Positions 1 through 10,790 of a stretch of 64,000 nucleotides of DNA are shown here, piece after piece. This DNA comes from Spirochaetaceae bacterium (GTDB lineage Bacteria > Spirochaetota > Spirochaetia > DSM-2461). The position numbers and the translations under genes were made by a program. The stretch lies in contig JAOPTT010000004.1 in NCBI GenBank assembly GCA_051531975.1, forward strand, positions 1 to 64,000, in the 5' to 3' direction. The notes under the pieces were generated by a model. That model searched no databases. It was not told the origin of the DNA and worked only from the letters and a program-made list of their open reading frames with translations. Numbering within the stretch: the stretch's first letter is position 1; the number at the start of each line of letters is the position of its first letter.

Positions 1-2164
1 TTACCGGTTCAATTACCGGTTCTGGTTCTTTTGCAATAATCTTTGGTACATTTAAAATTGCAGACTTTTTCACAATAACTTTAGACTCTATTATGGGTTC
101 TATGATTTTTACAGGAAGGCTCCATATTGTTGTCTCTAGCCTATCAGAGAATGACCAAGCTCTTCCTGTCGTCTCAAAAAAAGAACCTAGATAAGAGAAC
201 TCACTTGCTAAATCAAAATTCACAGATCTTAACTTACTATATAGACTATCTGATTTCCGAAAGTCATCTAACTCATAATAACAACGGGCGATACCTAATA
301 ATGAAAGAGAGTTTTGACCATCAACAGTTAATACGTAACTATAGTACTTAATGGCTTCTTCATAGTTCCCTTCCATATAAAAAATATTTCCAAGATTAAC
401 CCAGGGGTGTAGACTATCAGACTTCGCAGCCATAATAAATTCCTCTTTTGCTTTAATTAACATCCCGTAGGAACCATAGGAGACTCCCATAGCATTTCTA
501 GACTCTAATGAAATACTACCTGTTGTACCTGCTGAAAGCTTTATCTCTTCTTGGATTCTAGGTGCTATTTCATTAGCAACATATTTATCTAGGGAGCTCG
601 TGAATGCTTTAATTGTACTTTCTTTACTAGGAAGATTAAATCTCGAAATTGCACCAGGAACAGATACAGGAGAGTATCGAGCCCATGACTCTTTCATAGG
701 TAAAAGAGATGCACTCTTTGCAGAGCTTGCGTCTCTCCACTCTTTTGCACCAATAGACCAGGCTTTATTAAATCCTTCTTTAAGCATTGTCGTTTCTAGG
801 GGGATCCATGCTTTTTGATTTTCATAAATTATCTTATTAGAATCCAAAAACACAGCTCGGGCTTCATTTTCTGAAAGTCCAGAATCGAAAGCCATAAAAA
901 TGTGACCTGGTATAGTTATGAATGCAGTATTTATACCGACAGCTTCAAGTAGAGAACAGAATAAAATTGATAAATCATCACAATCTCCACCACGATACAT
1001 TAAGGTTTGATAGGGATATTGTAAAAAGTCTATAGATGAACTATTACTAGCTAGTTCAGCGTAGGAGCTAGATGGATCAACAACATAATTAGTTCCATAG
1101 ACATTTAGAGCTTCAAACATACTAATAGCAATCTGAATATTCTTATTTATAGATTTTCTAGACTTCTCTGATACAATACTTGTAACAAACTTTGCAAACC
1201 ATAACGCTGCAGGATCTTTGGATGATACAAAAGCGGCTGCTTTTCTGTCATCATCCCAGGACATTGCATTTCTATGGAAGATTTGCTGTGTAATTAGGGT
1301 GGAAGTTTCCTCTTTTACTCCTAAACGTCTATACTCTACTATTATTTGAGCTGAACTTCTGACTTTTTCATTTAACTCTAATATAGATGAATCAAAAAAA
1401 GCTGTTAGTGGAACGTCAATAGACTCCCCAGGTTTAATTTTTTTGATAGAAGAGCATCTTTTAGGTTGTTTCATATACTGCTCCATATAAAATGAAACCG
1501 AGATATCGGTAATGCTCGTATTCTCGTTATTCTTAATAGCTATACTACCAAAGGAGTTCTCATCATACCATGAGTAAAAAACAGGGAAGATAGGAATATT
1601 CTCAATCATGGAAACTTCAACTCTGTTTTTATGATTTATTGCCTCACTAAAATTTGTGGATAGACTTATCCCTATGCTAAAACTCTGCATAAAAGGGGTT
1701 GATGAAGTAGCAAAGAGATCATAACCACCAAACAATGATGCTGTAATTGATGGAGTAACTTTAAAATCTCCTGAGATATTGGCACCAGTTGAGATTCCAG
1801 ATAATGTATCACTTTCAGAATTGACAGAATAAAGCCCTACTTTTAACCCTTCCCGTAACGAAAACCTCTCAGTTAACGGCTGTATATACTCTGCCCCAAT
1901 TGAACCACCTATAAGAGATAAAGAAGATATTTCATCTAATCCGATACTTATGTACTCCCCTTCTAAAAGAAGATTAAAGTTCTTATTTATGTTGTAATCT
2001 AATTGTAGTGATGTTCCAAAACCTTCTTCTAAAAGATCAGAATCGATTGGGAAGTAGAACGCAGGGGAAACCTTTGATCCAAGTGTTGGGTCTGCAAATG
2101 AATTTTTAGAGCTAAGAATATATAAAAAAAGTATAAATGCTAGAAAATATTTAAATTTTATCAT
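1..2164 (-). CDS. Exported multidomain protein: putative OM beta-barrel, transglutaminase-like core, TPR and Pro-rich tail (3' end outside window)
   Basis: Absent from the ORF track because no stop lies in the window. Hand translation from ATG 2164 (RBS AGGAG 2176-2180) gives MIKFKYFLAF..., ...LQYPYQTLMYRGGDCDDLSILFCSLLEAVGINTAFITIPGHIF..., a TPR-like segment WVNLGNIFYMEGNYEEAIKYY, and ends ...KEPEPVIEPV. It is a clear paralog of 2180-4075. Confidence 0.85.
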   Translation of the reverse strand, partial: MIKFKYFLAFILFLYILSSKNSFADPTLGSKVSPAFYFPIDSDLLEEGFGTSLQLDYNINKNFNLLLEGEYISIGLDEISSLSLIGGSIGAEYIQPLTERFSLREGLKVGLYSVNSESDTLSGISTGANISGDFKVTPSITASLFGGYDLFATSSTPFMQSFSIGISLSTNFSEAINHKNRVEVSMIENIPIFPVFYSWYDENSFGSIAIKNNENTSITDISVSFYMEQYMKQPKRCSSIKKIKPGESIDVPLTAFFDSSILELNEKVRSSAQIIVEYRRLGVKEETSTLITQQIFHRNAMSWDDDRKAAAFVSSKDPAALWFAKFVTSIVSEKSRKSINKNIQIAISMFEALNVYGTNYVVDPSSSYAELASNSSSIDFLQYPYQTLMYRGGDCDDLSILFCSLLEAVGINTAFITIPGHIFMAFDSGLSENEARAVFLDSNKIIYENQKAWIPLETTMLKEGFNKAWSIGAKEWRDASSAKSASLLPMKESWARYSPVSVPGAISRFNLPSKESTIKAFTSSLDKYVANEIAPRIQEEIKLSAGTTGSISLESRNAMGVSYGSYGMLIKAKEEFIMAAKSDSLHPWVNLGNIFYMEGNYEEAIKYYSYVLTVDGQNSLSLLGIARCYYELDDFRKSDSLYSKLRSVNFDLASEFSYLGSFFETTGRAWSFSDRLETTIWSLPVKIIEPIIESKVIVKKSAILNVPKIIAKEPEPVIEPV

Positions 2165-2179
2165 TTATAATATCGCTCC

Positions 2180-4075
2180 TTAGAAAGATAGTTCTCTCTC
2201 AACTTTTTGTAGACCTTTTAAGGCTTTAGAATTTTTTGGATCTATGTTTAATACTGCTTCAAATAGCTCTTTGCTTTTTATAAAATTTTTTTCTATGATA
2301 TAAATATTTGCAAGATTGATTCTTGCAGAAATTGAACCTTTATTAATTGCTTTTGTATACTGCTTTTTTGCTTCCTGATAAAGAGCAGCTCTAGTATATA
2401 GTAAGCCTAATCTATTATATAGTTTTGGGTCTTCTTTATTTTTAAGTTGTTCTTTAATGAGAGAAATTTTGGGTCCAAACTCAGTAGAAATGTAACGTGA
2501 TATCTCTTTGGAGACCTCTTTTTTTATGGCTGCTTCTGTAGGTTTTTTTAAGCTTACTTCATCCCCCCTTATTCCTGATGGAGGATATGTTTCCCATGCT
2601 ACAGATAGTGGTATAAAGTCGACAGTTTCGTCTCTATCAAATGAACTGTTTATATTGTTTATACCGGAGTTCCAGCTATTTATAAAACCCTCTCTTAGTG
2701 TAGACATCGCTATAGGCATCCATGCTTCATTGTTAATAATTAGAAGAGAATCTGTGTTATTGAACAGGCTACTGGCTTGTTTTTCTGTAATTCCTAAAGA
2801 ATAGGCTACGATAAAGTCATTTTTTAGGGGGATAATTGCAGTTTTAATACCAACTGATTCAAGTATAGATGAGTATAGTATACCTAAGTCATCTAGGTCT
2901 CCTTGCTTATATGAAAGTGTTTGAAATGGATACTGAATATAGTCAAGCAGGTTATTATCTTGATGGTATAATGTGTAAGGTGTTGTTTCATCAAATGAGT
3001 ATGAGATTCCTGCAACTTTTAAACCCTCATATAGAAACATTGCAAATTGCATATTTTTATTTATGCCAGGGATCAGATTGTTACGAGCTAGTCCAACAGC
3101 ATATTTTGAATAGTCTAGAACTTCTGGAGAGTTAGGGGAAATAAACAAAGCTAAAGATCCAGAATCATACCAATGTATATTGTTCCTATTAAAAACCTTT
3201 ATAATGAGTGATTTTGATATTGTTTTTTTTGTTCCTAGTATTTCATAACTAATAATTACTTCCCCAGGTATCTTTCCTGATTCAGTAAATGATTGGATTG
3301 ATTCAATGAAATTTGCATATAGAGGAATTTCGATAGACTCTTTCTTATGTAAAATTGGAGCTGTTCCACAAAGTGAGGACGACGATGTAAAGTTCTTTGC
3401 TCTATATTCTACATTAATATTTCTTATTTCAGCTGATTCATTATTGGTAATTGTCAGCATTCCAACTTCATTATCTCTATATACGGAATAAAATAGAGGA
3501 AATACAGACTCGTATTGGTCTAATGTCAATCCAATTTTCTCTACCCCACCATCAGTAGGTAGTGAGAAGTTAACTGATATACCAACGGAAGCTCCTGAAA
3601 ATATTGGAGAGCCATCACCAAGATAGCTTTGGTATCCTCCTTGTAGAGACATTGTTAATAGCGGAGAGAGTCTATACCCAGCATTTAGGAATCCTTTCCA
3701 CCAAAAATTACTTGTACTTTCCTCATCAAAAGTAGCTGTGTATACCCCTCCAGCACCACCAATTCTTAGACTAAGTACCGATACAGGGTAAAAGAAAGCA
3801 CTGCTATTAATGCCTACAGATGTAAGTTGAACATAGGAATCACTTTCTACTAATGGAATAAAGGAAATCCCAACTTCTGGTCCTAAAGATATTGAGTCTA
3901 ATAGATCGATGGAAGCATTCATAGAGATTCCAATACCAGTTGTATAAATATCCGAGAATTCAGAGCCAATAGGAAATAGGGCTGATGGTGTTAAATCCAA
4001 ACTTAAATCTATAGAATAAATTTTACTAAATGAAAGAAGAAGATATATATATAATATAATTCTTAAATTTCTCAA
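2180..4075 (-). CDS. Exported protein with putative beta-barrel, degenerate transglutaminase-like domain and C-terminal TPR
   Basis: Signal peptide; alternating amphipathic strands; QYPFQTLSYKQGDLDD; TPR motifs YNRLGLLY and INLANIY. Confidence 0.8.
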   Translation of the reverse strand: MRNLRIILYIYLLLSFSKIYSIDLSLDLTPSALFPIGSEFSDIYTTGIGISMNASIDLLDSISLGPEVGISFIPLVESDSYVQLTSVGINSSAFFYPVSVLSLRIGGAGGVYTATFDEESTSNFWWKGFLNAGYRLSPLLTMSLQGGYQSYLGDGSPIFSGASVGISVNFSLPTDGGVEKIGLTLDQYESVFPLFYSVYRDNEVGMLTITNNESAEIRNINVEYRAKNFTSSSSLCGTAPILHKKESIEIPLYANFIESIQSFTESGKIPGEVIISYEILGTKKTISKSLIIKVFNRNNIHWYDSGSLALFISPNSPEVLDYSKYAVGLARNNLIPGINKNMQFAMFLYEGLKVAGISYSFDETTPYTLYHQDNNLLDYIQYPFQTLSYKQGDLDDLGILYSSILESVGIKTAIIPLKNDFIVAYSLGITEKQASSLFNNTDSLLIINNEAWMPIAMSTLREGFINSWNSGINNINSSFDRDETVDFIPLSVAWETYPPSGIRGDEVSLKKPTEAAIKKEVSKEISRYISTEFGPKISLIKEQLKNKEDPKLYNRLGLLYTRAALYQEAKKQYTKAINKGSISARINLANIYIIEKNFIKSKELFEAVLNIDPKNSKALKGLQKVERELSF

Positions 4076-4219
4076 AATTTAACCTCATCATATTATAGTA
4101 TTAAAGCATCAAAGTATCAAATATTTAAATTAATAAACCCATAAGTACTTTTCTATATTTTGAAATAAACTTAGATAAATTGGTTCTTTTAGTTGAATGT
4201 TACATGAAATTAAAAATAT

Positions 4220-4249
4220 AAAAAAAAAGGACTGTCTAACAGACAGTCC
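4220..4249 (-). terminator. Rho-independent terminator of the mgl operon
   Basis: Perfect 9-bp stem GGACTGTCT-aac-AGACAGTCC followed by a U-run on the minus strand. Confidence 0.85.
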
Positions 4250-4276
4250 CGAAACCCCAATAAAGGAGGAAGAAAA

Positions 4277-5314
4277 TTAAGATTTCTTTAAATATTTCTT
4301 AGTATCAAGTGCTACCGCAGAAACGATAATGATACCTTTTATAATGTACTGATAATACATATCTAAACCAACAAATGTCATACCATAACTAATAATAGTA
4401 AACATAAGAACACCAACTATAGCACCAGAAACTTTACCGATACCACCACTGAATGAGATTCCACCAACAACACATGCTGCAATTGCATCTAGCTCGTAAC
4501 CAAAACCTGTTCCATTATTTGCACTACCAATTCTGGCTGCTTCTAAGAAACCACCAACACCGTATAAAAATCCACCAAAAACATATACTAATACAGTTGT
4601 TACTAATACATTAACACCTGAAACTTTTGCAGCTTCTGGGTTTCCACCAACAGCATACATGTTTTTACCAAAAGTTGTTTTATTCCATAGAACCCATACA
4701 ACACCACTAGCAATTATTGCAAATATAACAATATTTGGAACACCTAATGTAGAACCAATAACTAAGTTTGTATATCTATCGTCAAATCCACCAATTGGTT
4801 GTGGTCCTGGAGCTCCAGAAGCAAAATAAATTGATAAGATACCATAAAGTGTAATCATCATACCCATTGTAGCTAGGAAAGGATGAATCTTGAACTTAGC
4901 AACAACCAAACCATTAATACCACTAAAAAAAGCACATATTAACATTACAATAATAAGTGGTACAAACAGTGGAAGTGATGCCATATCTGGATAGAATCTA
5001 TTTGCGTAATCTGGTCTCTGTAATAATGAACCTGCAACAACAGCAGCAAACCCAACCATTCTACCTAAAGAAAGGTCAGTACCTTGTAGGATAATAATTC
5101 CACCAACACCAAAAGCTAGTATTAGTCTTACCGATGATTGTGTAAGAATATTTTTAAATACCGCTAATGAAACAAATGATGGTTCACTAATAACTATAAA
5201 TACAATAATTGCAAAAATTACTATATATATTGCATTGTTTGTTAATATCTCCGCCCACTCATCTTTATTTCTTTTCAAAAACGTTTTTTGATCAGTTGTA
5301 CTTACTTCACTCAT
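4277..5314 (-). CDS. mglC: Galactose/methyl-galactoside ABC transporter permease
   Basis: BPD_transp_2-type membrane protein with [22 protein letters not shown] and [13 protein letters not shown]; overlaps mglA by 4 nt. Confidence 0.9.
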   Translation of the reverse strand: MSEVSTTDQKTFLKRNKDEWAEILTNNAIYIVIFAIIVFIVISEPSFVSLAVFKNILTQSSVRLILAFGVGGIIILQGTDLSLGRMVGFAAVVAGSLLQRPDYANRFYPDMASLPLFVPLIIVMLICAFFSGINGLVVAKFKIHPFLATMGMMITLYGILSIYFASGAPGPQPIGGFDDRYTNLVIGSTLGVPNIVIFAIIASGVVWVLWNKTTFGKNMYAVGGNPEAAKVSGVNVLVTTVLVYVFGGFLYGVGGFLEAARIGSANNGTGFGYELDAIAACVVGGISFSGGIGKVSGAIVGVLMFTIISYGMTFVGLDMYYQYIIKGIIIVSAVALDTKKYLKKS

Positions 5315-6837
5315 ACCTCAGCCTCTTCATTATTATTTAAGTATTTTGTTGAAAGATTAAAAATTTCTGTCTGTGTAGTTTCTTCTGTATTAACAGTTCC
5401 AGCTATTCGACCATTACTCATAACCATTATTCTATTTGTTATTCCTAATAACTCAGGCATCTCTGAAGAAACCATAATTATAGACTTTCCTTTATTAGCT
5501 AGATCTATAATAAGTTGATAGATCTCATATTTAGCTCCAACGTCGATACCCCTAGTTGGTTCATCTAATAAAAGGATATCAGGTTTTGTTAATAACCATC
5601 TACCAATAATAACTTTTTGTTGGTTTCCACCACTTAAGTTTCTTATTCTCTCTTTTCTATTAGGTGTTTTAATTCTCATACTCTTAATTTGAATATCAGT
5701 ATCTACTTTCATTTTTTTATCAACTAAGAAACCTAGTTTGTTTTTATACTCATCAATATTAGATATACATGAGTTAAAAGTAATATCAGCTACAGGATAT
5801 ATTCCAGTTTCTCGTCTCTCTTCTGTTAGTAGAGCAAATCTATTGTTAATTGATTTATGTGGAGTAGAGTTATCAATTAATTTTCCGTCGATATAAACTT
5901 CTCCAGACGTTTTGGTTCGTGCTCCAAAAATCGCTTCAACTAACTCTGTTCTACCTGCTCCAACAAGACCAGCAATACCAAGTATTTCACCTTTTTTTAA
6001 GTCAAAACTAGCATTGTAAACAAAAGGAGGATATTTTGTTGTCATATTTTTTACAGACATATGAATACCTGATGGAACATTTGTTTTTGGAGGGAATCGA
6101 TCATCTAAATCTCTACCAACCATCATGTTTACAATTTTTTCCATTGTAAGGTCTTCTATTTTTTTTGTACCTATATGGGATCCATCTCTAAGTACAGTTA
6201 CTTCGTCTGAAACTTCAAAGATCTCTTCCATTTTATGTGATATATATACAATCCCTACACCCTGATCTCTTAATACTCTCATGATATTAAAAAGCATTTC
6301 TACTTCGTGGGCTGTTAAGGAAGATGTTGGCTCATCTAATACAATAATTTTTGCGTCGTATGAAACTGCTTTTGCAATCTCTACCATCTGTCTCTGTGAT
6401 ACAGATAGTTTATCTAATCTTGTTCTAGGATCTAGGTGAATATTTAACTTCTTAAAAAGATCCATAGTATCGGTATACATCTTTTTTTCGTCTACAAAAA
6501 GACCTTTAGTTGGATATCGTCCCAACCAGATGTTATCTGAAATTGTTCGTTTTGTTACTTGGTTTAGTTCTTGATGTACCATCGATACACCACTTTCAAG
6601 TGCATGTTTTGGGTCTGTAAAGTTGACTTCTTTACCTTCTAAAGTAAACCCACCTTCATCTTGTTTGTAAATTCCGAAAAGGCATTTCATTAAAGTAGAC
6701 TTTCCTGCACCATTTTCACCCATAAGAGAGTGAATTGAACCAGGTCTAACGTCTAAACATACGTTTTTAAGAACCTTTACTCCGGCGAATGCTTTACAAA
6801 CATTTTTTATACTTAATAAATATTCTTCTTGTATCAA
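5311..6837 (-). CDS. mglA: Galactose/methyl-galactoside ABC transporter ATPase (two ABC domains)
   Basis: GENGAGKST Walker A, LDEPT twice, LSGGNQQKV signature. Confidence 0.92.
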   Translation of the reverse strand: MIQEEYLLSIKNVCKAFAGVKVLKNVCLDVRPGSIHSLMGENGAGKSTLMKCLFGIYKQDEGGFTLEGKEVNFTDPKHALESGVSMVHQELNQVTKRTISDNIWLGRYPTKGLFVDEKKMYTDTMDLFKKLNIHLDPRTRLDKLSVSQRQMVEIAKAVSYDAKIIVLDEPTSSLTAHEVEMLFNIMRVLRDQGVGIVYISHKMEEIFEVSDEVTVLRDGSHIGTKKIEDLTMEKIVNMMVGRDLDDRFPPKTNVPSGIHMSVKNMTTKYPPFVYNASFDLKKGEILGIAGLVGAGRTELVEAIFGARTKTSGEVYIDGKLIDNSTPHKSINNRFALLTEERRETGIYPVADITFNSCISNIDEYKNKLGFLVDKKMKVDTDIQIKSMRIKTPNRKERIRNLSGGNQQKVIIGRWLLTKPDILLLDEPTRGIDVGAKYEIYQLIIDLANKGKSIIMVSSEMPELLGITNRIMVMSNGRIAGTVNTEETTQTEIFNLSTKYLNNNEEAEV

Positions 6838-6870
6838 AAGAAATACCTCGCTCTTGTTAATAAATAAAAT

Positions 6871-6894
6871 AAAGGAGTGCTTTCACACTCCTTT
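6871..6894 (-). terminator. Intercistronic hairpin after mglB (partial terminator or mRNA stabiliser)
   Basis: AAAGGAGTG...CACTCCTTT 9-bp stem between the SBP and ATPase genes. Confidence 0.65.
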
Positions 6895-6918
6895 AAACCT
6901 AATAATTATTGGTTATTA

Positions 6919-7929
6919 TTATTTGTATTCCATGTAGTTATCAGCAGTTACACCGATATACGCTACACGTACAGCTTTAGTTCCGTTAGTTTGAACTTTC
7001 CAAGAAGTACCAGCAGTAACGTCTTTACCCATTGCAGCGTTAATAGCTAAATCAACAGTTGCTCTAGCTTGGTTTACACCATCGTTAAGTACAGTACCGT
7101 CTAGTTCACCATCAGCAATGTGAGTAAGAGCTTGAGCTAATGCATCAACACTGTAGATAGGAAGTCTAACACCAGCAGCTTTTTGAGCTGTGATAGCACC
7201 AAATGCCATACCATCGTTGTTAGCAATAACTAACTCAATATCGTTTCCGAAAGAAGAAGTTAACCATGCAGCCATTTTATCGTTACCATGTACAGTTGAC
7301 CAGTTTGGGTCAGCTTCTAATGCTAATTGCTCAACAGCGATTCCAGCATCAGTAAATGCTTTAACAGACTCAACAGTTCTAGCTTCAGCATCTGGATGTC
7401 CTGGCTCACCTTTTAACATAACATATTGAACAACTCCGTCACCGTTTTTGTCCCAGTCAGCGTTAGCTTTCCAGTCTTTAACCATCATTTGACCCTGGAT
7501 AATTCCAGCTTCAGCAGAATCAGTTCCAACGTACCAAACTTTGTCGTATGATCCCATAACACCAGCTTCAGTAGCTTCTTTGTTAAAAAGAACTAAAGGA
7601 ATCTTTGCAGCTCTTGCTTTGTTAATAATTGCTTGTGCAGCAGCAGGGTCTACTAAGTTTATAGCTAATACATCAACACCTTTAGTAATAAAGATATCAA
7701 CTTGATCGTTTAATTTTGCTTGCTGACCTTCAGAGTCAACAATTTGAATTTCAACACCTTTTGATGCTGCGTAAGTTTCTAATTCTGGTTTAACAACACC
7801 ATTCATGAAGTTATCCGCGAAACTGTAGATGTTTGAACCGATAACAACTTTACCGTCTTCTTTTTGACCGTTTGCAAAAGTAGTGAATGCAACCATAGCA
7901 ACTAATGCTAATGAAAGAATTTTTTTCAT
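6919..7929 (-). CDS. mglB: D-galactose/glucose-binding periplasmic protein
   Basis: LAINLVDP, YVGTDS, Ca-loop DKNGDGVVQ, LKGEPGHPDAEART and NNDGMA; RBS AGGAG. Confidence 0.9.
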   Translation of the reverse strand: MKKILSLALVAMVAFTTFANGQKEDGKVVIGSNIYSFADNFMNGVVKPELETYAASKGVEIQIVDSEGQQAKLNDQVDIFITKGVDVLAINLVDPAAAQAIINKARAAKIPLVLFNKEATEAGVMGSYDKVWYVGTDSAEAGIIQGQMMVKDWKANADWDKNGDGVVQYVMLKGEPGHPDAEARTVESVKAFTDAGIAVEQLALEADPNWSTVHGNDKMAAWLTSSFGNDIELVIANNDGMAFGAITAQKAAGVRLPIYSVDALAQALTHIADGELDGTVLNDGVNQARATVDLAINAAMGKDVTAGTSWKVQTNGTKAVRVAYIGVTADNYMEYK

Positions 7930-8067
7930 TTAAATCTCCTATTTTTCTTCGGGATACAATTATGTACCCCTTCCATAAGATAAATACTAGCACCGATTCT
8001 GGGGTCAACAATGTAATATTCTATTCAAAATTTGTCAGATTTTCTAAAAAGGAGGTTTTTTTGCAAT

Positions 8068-9069
8068 TTATTGCAATATTTTATAATCTACTAGTATGTA
8101 TTTACCATTTTCTAACTTAAAGCTCATATTATCAAAACTTTTGTTATTTAGCAGACAATCAGATAATTCAGCAATAGCTTTAGCTTGGGCCCTAGAGTCA
8201 TTTAATACAGTTCCATATATGTAGCCTGAATTAATGAGTTCAACAGTCTCTTCTAGGCCATCTATTCCTACTATAGGTATCCAAGTGTCATCGTTTTTAT
8301 CTATTTTTTTATTTCCGTTACTATCTTTAAACATCCCTGCTAGTCTAAAAGCATTAACTGCTCCAATTGCCATAGAATCATTATTAGAAATAACAAGCTC
8401 TATTTCATTTTGAAACTCAGAAATTATAGGTTGCATTTTTTCATAGGCTTCAATCTTATTCCAGTTTGCAACTTCTATTGCTAAAATATTTAGTTTGAAT
8501 CCTTTTGCTTTTAAACTATCTACAACTTCAGTAGTCCTAATTTCAGCATCTTGATGTCCCTGTTCACCTTTTAAAATAATTGTTTCTATTAAGCCATTAT
8601 TGTTTTTGTCATACTTATTGAGTTTCTTTGGAATATTTCCAAAAACTGTGGCAATTAACTCGGCTTGGAAATGGGCCGACTGAACACCTTTTGTTCCAAC
8701 ATAATAAGCTTTGTCCCAAAGATTCAGATCTTGTGCTAGAGGTTCTCTATTAAAAAATATAACAGGAATATCTTTTGACTTCAGCTTTTTTATTATCGAG
8801 TATACACCAAGACGATCTACGGGATTTATTATCATTAAGTCATCACCAGCTAATATTCTTTCTTCTATGTTCTCATTTTGGATAATTTGAAAGTTCTGAG
8901 AATCAATTATTTCTAGGCTTAACTTGTTTTTAGTCTCTTGAATAATATATTTTTGCATTAGTTCCATAAAAGGATCAGCATAGTTATATATAAATAGTGA
9001 TGCTTTTTTTTCTTTTTCCATACAACCTAAAAGTAGAATCGTAATTAATAATAAAATAACCTTTTTCAT
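8068..9069 (-). CDS. Second MglB-like sugar-binding lipoprotein, probably a sensory SBP
   Basis: Lipobox LLGC; LKGEQGHQDAEIRT and NNDSMA; 4-nt overlap with the kinase gene. Confidence 0.82.
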   Translation of the reverse strand: MKKVILLLITILLLGCMEKEKKASLFIYNYADPFMELMQKYIIQETKNKLSLEIIDSQNFQIIQNENIEERILAGDDLMIINPVDRLGVYSIIKKLKSKDIPVIFFNREPLAQDLNLWDKAYYVGTKGVQSAHFQAELIATVFGNIPKKLNKYDKNNNGLIETIILKGEQGHQDAEIRTTEVVDSLKAKGFKLNILAIEVANWNKIEAYEKMQPIISEFQNEIELVISNNDSMAIGAVNAFRLAGMFKDSNGNKKIDKNDDTWIPIVGIDGLEETVELINSGYIYGTVLNDSRAQAKAIAELSDCLLNNKSFDNMSFKLENGKYILVDYKILQ

Positions 9070-10790
9070 TCAACATCCTTTTGTAGTGGAATAATAATCT
9101 GTATCTGAGTTTTTTCATCTAATTCACTAGTTATTCTTATATCTGCCAATTCCCCATAAAATAGTTTGATTCTCTGGTATACATTTCTCATACCAACACT
9201 TGCTTCCACATTGGTACCTTTTAAAGAGTCGTATATTTCTAATATTCTCTCTTCAGTAATTCCATAACCAGTATTTTCAATCTCAAACATTAGAAAGTTA
9301 GCTTTTTTGTAAGCCTTTATGGATATTAGACCCATATCATCACCAACACCGTGGTATATAGCATTTTCCACAATTGGTTGTAGTATTAGTTTCATTACTT
9401 TAAAATCATAAATGTCTTCTTCTATATCGAGTTTATACTCAAATTTATCTACATATCTAATTTTCTGAATTGTTAAATAATTCTCTATGTGGGAAATTTC
9501 ATCCTTAACCGGAATACTCTGGGCTCCTTTAGAAATACTGATTCTAAAAAATTTAGCAAGGGCAATTACTGTAGTTATAACATCTTCAGATCTATGGTTT
9601 TCGGCTAACCATACTATTGAATCTAATGTATTATATAAAAAATGTGGATTTATCTGGTTCTGCAAAGCTCTTAATTCATTTCTTCTTTTATCTCTCTGTT
9701 CTGCAACAACTTTGTCCATTAATGATCGAATTTTATCAATCATACTGTTGTAAGAAACAGAAAGTCTAACTACCTCTTTTTGGCCCCGTACTTCTACCTT
9801 AGTATTAAAATCACCACTTTCTAACCTAAACATACTATCTTTTAATTGATTTAGTGGGCGAGTTATTCTATTTGATATAAAAATTGAAATTACACCTGTT
9901 AAAGTAAAACTGATAATAAATATTACAAATAATAGTAATACCATTTCCTCTCGGGCTAATGCGATATCATTAACATTATTTACTGTTACAATTCTCCATC
10001 TCGTATGAATTAAAGAGCTGACGCTGATAAAAAACTCTGTTGAATTTATAGTTGCCCTTATTCCACCGATATAGTGTTCTATAGCAATATTCATACTTTC
10101 AACAAACGGTAAGCTATCCTCATTTCCTGATATATAGATAAGGTTATCTTTATCATCAAGGATTAATATATGACCATCTTCTCCAAGGTTTGTTTTCGAA
10201 GCTAGATCTATTAAGGTTTTAAAATTAAGTTCAATTAGAAGAACTCCTCTATATTTATATCCATTTAGTTTATATTCAACTAATCTTGATAAAAATATAA
10301 TATTCTCGTCCCTAGTTAATGAAAATCCTCCAGTTTGAGGAGCGGAGAAATGTGAGACATTTGTCTGAAATATTGCACGTTTAAACCATACCTCTTCAGA
10401 GATATTCTGGTTTAGAGTTTCTATTTCATTTCCAATTATTTTTTTACCATGCCTATCAAATAAAAATATAGAGACAACATCTTTTTTTATTGTCGTATTT
10501 AATTCAAATATATTTTGTAGTTTATTATATGAATCTGAGATATCCATATTTAGTGCCGAAAATTGTATGTAGTTGGCAGTATCTATTACACTATTTATAT
10601 AGTTCTCATAATTTAAAACAATCTGCTTATTTATCTCTCTTGATTGGCTCTCTATTAGCGCGTTAGTTCTACTAGAAAAAACAGTGTAATAAACCGCACT
10701 AGTAAAGAGTAAAACACCCATAACAATTGTTAGAGTTGCAGCTAGAATATTTTGTCCTATCGATAGGTTGGTTTTAATTCGTTTCTTCAC
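9066..10790 (-). CDS. YesM/LytS-type sensor histidine kinase (Cache, HAMP, His_kinase)
   Basis: ALQNQINPHFLYNTL, LQPIVENAIYHG, two TM helices. Confidence 0.92.
   Translation of the reverse strand: MKKRIKTNLSIGQNILAATLTIVMGVLLFTSAVYYTVFSSRTNALIESQSREINKQIVLNYENYINSVIDTANYIQFSALNMDISDSYNKLQNIFELNTTIKKDVVSIFLFDRHGKKIIGNEIETLNQNISEEVWFKRAIFQTNVSHFSAPQTGGFSLTRDENIIFLSRLVEYKLNGYKYRGVLLIELNFKTLIDLASKTNLGEDGHILILDDKDNLIYISGNEDSLPFVESMNIAIEHYIGGIRATINSTEFFISVSSLIHTRWRIVTVNNVNDIALAREEMVLLLFVIFIISFTLTGVISIFISNRITRPLNQLKDSMFRLESGDFNTKVEVRGQKEVVRLSVSYNSMIDKIRSLMDKVVAEQRDKRRNELRALQNQINPHFLYNTLDSIVWLAENHRSEDVITTVIALAKFFRISISKGAQSIPVKDEISHIENYLTIQKIRYVDKFEYKLDIEEDIYDFKVMKLILQPIVENAIYHGVGDDMGLISIKAYKKANFLMFEIENTGYGITEERILEIYDSLKGTNVEASVGMRNVYQRIKLFYGELADIRITSELDEKTQIQIIIPLQKDVE

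Noticed and set aside
127..818. Short + strand ORFs 127-351 and 600-818
   Set aside because: They are antisense shadows of the real minus-strand gene 1-2164.
7951..7970. Imperfect palindrome GGGATACAATTATGTACCCC upstream of mglB
   Set aside because: Too imperfect to assign as an operator without comparative data.
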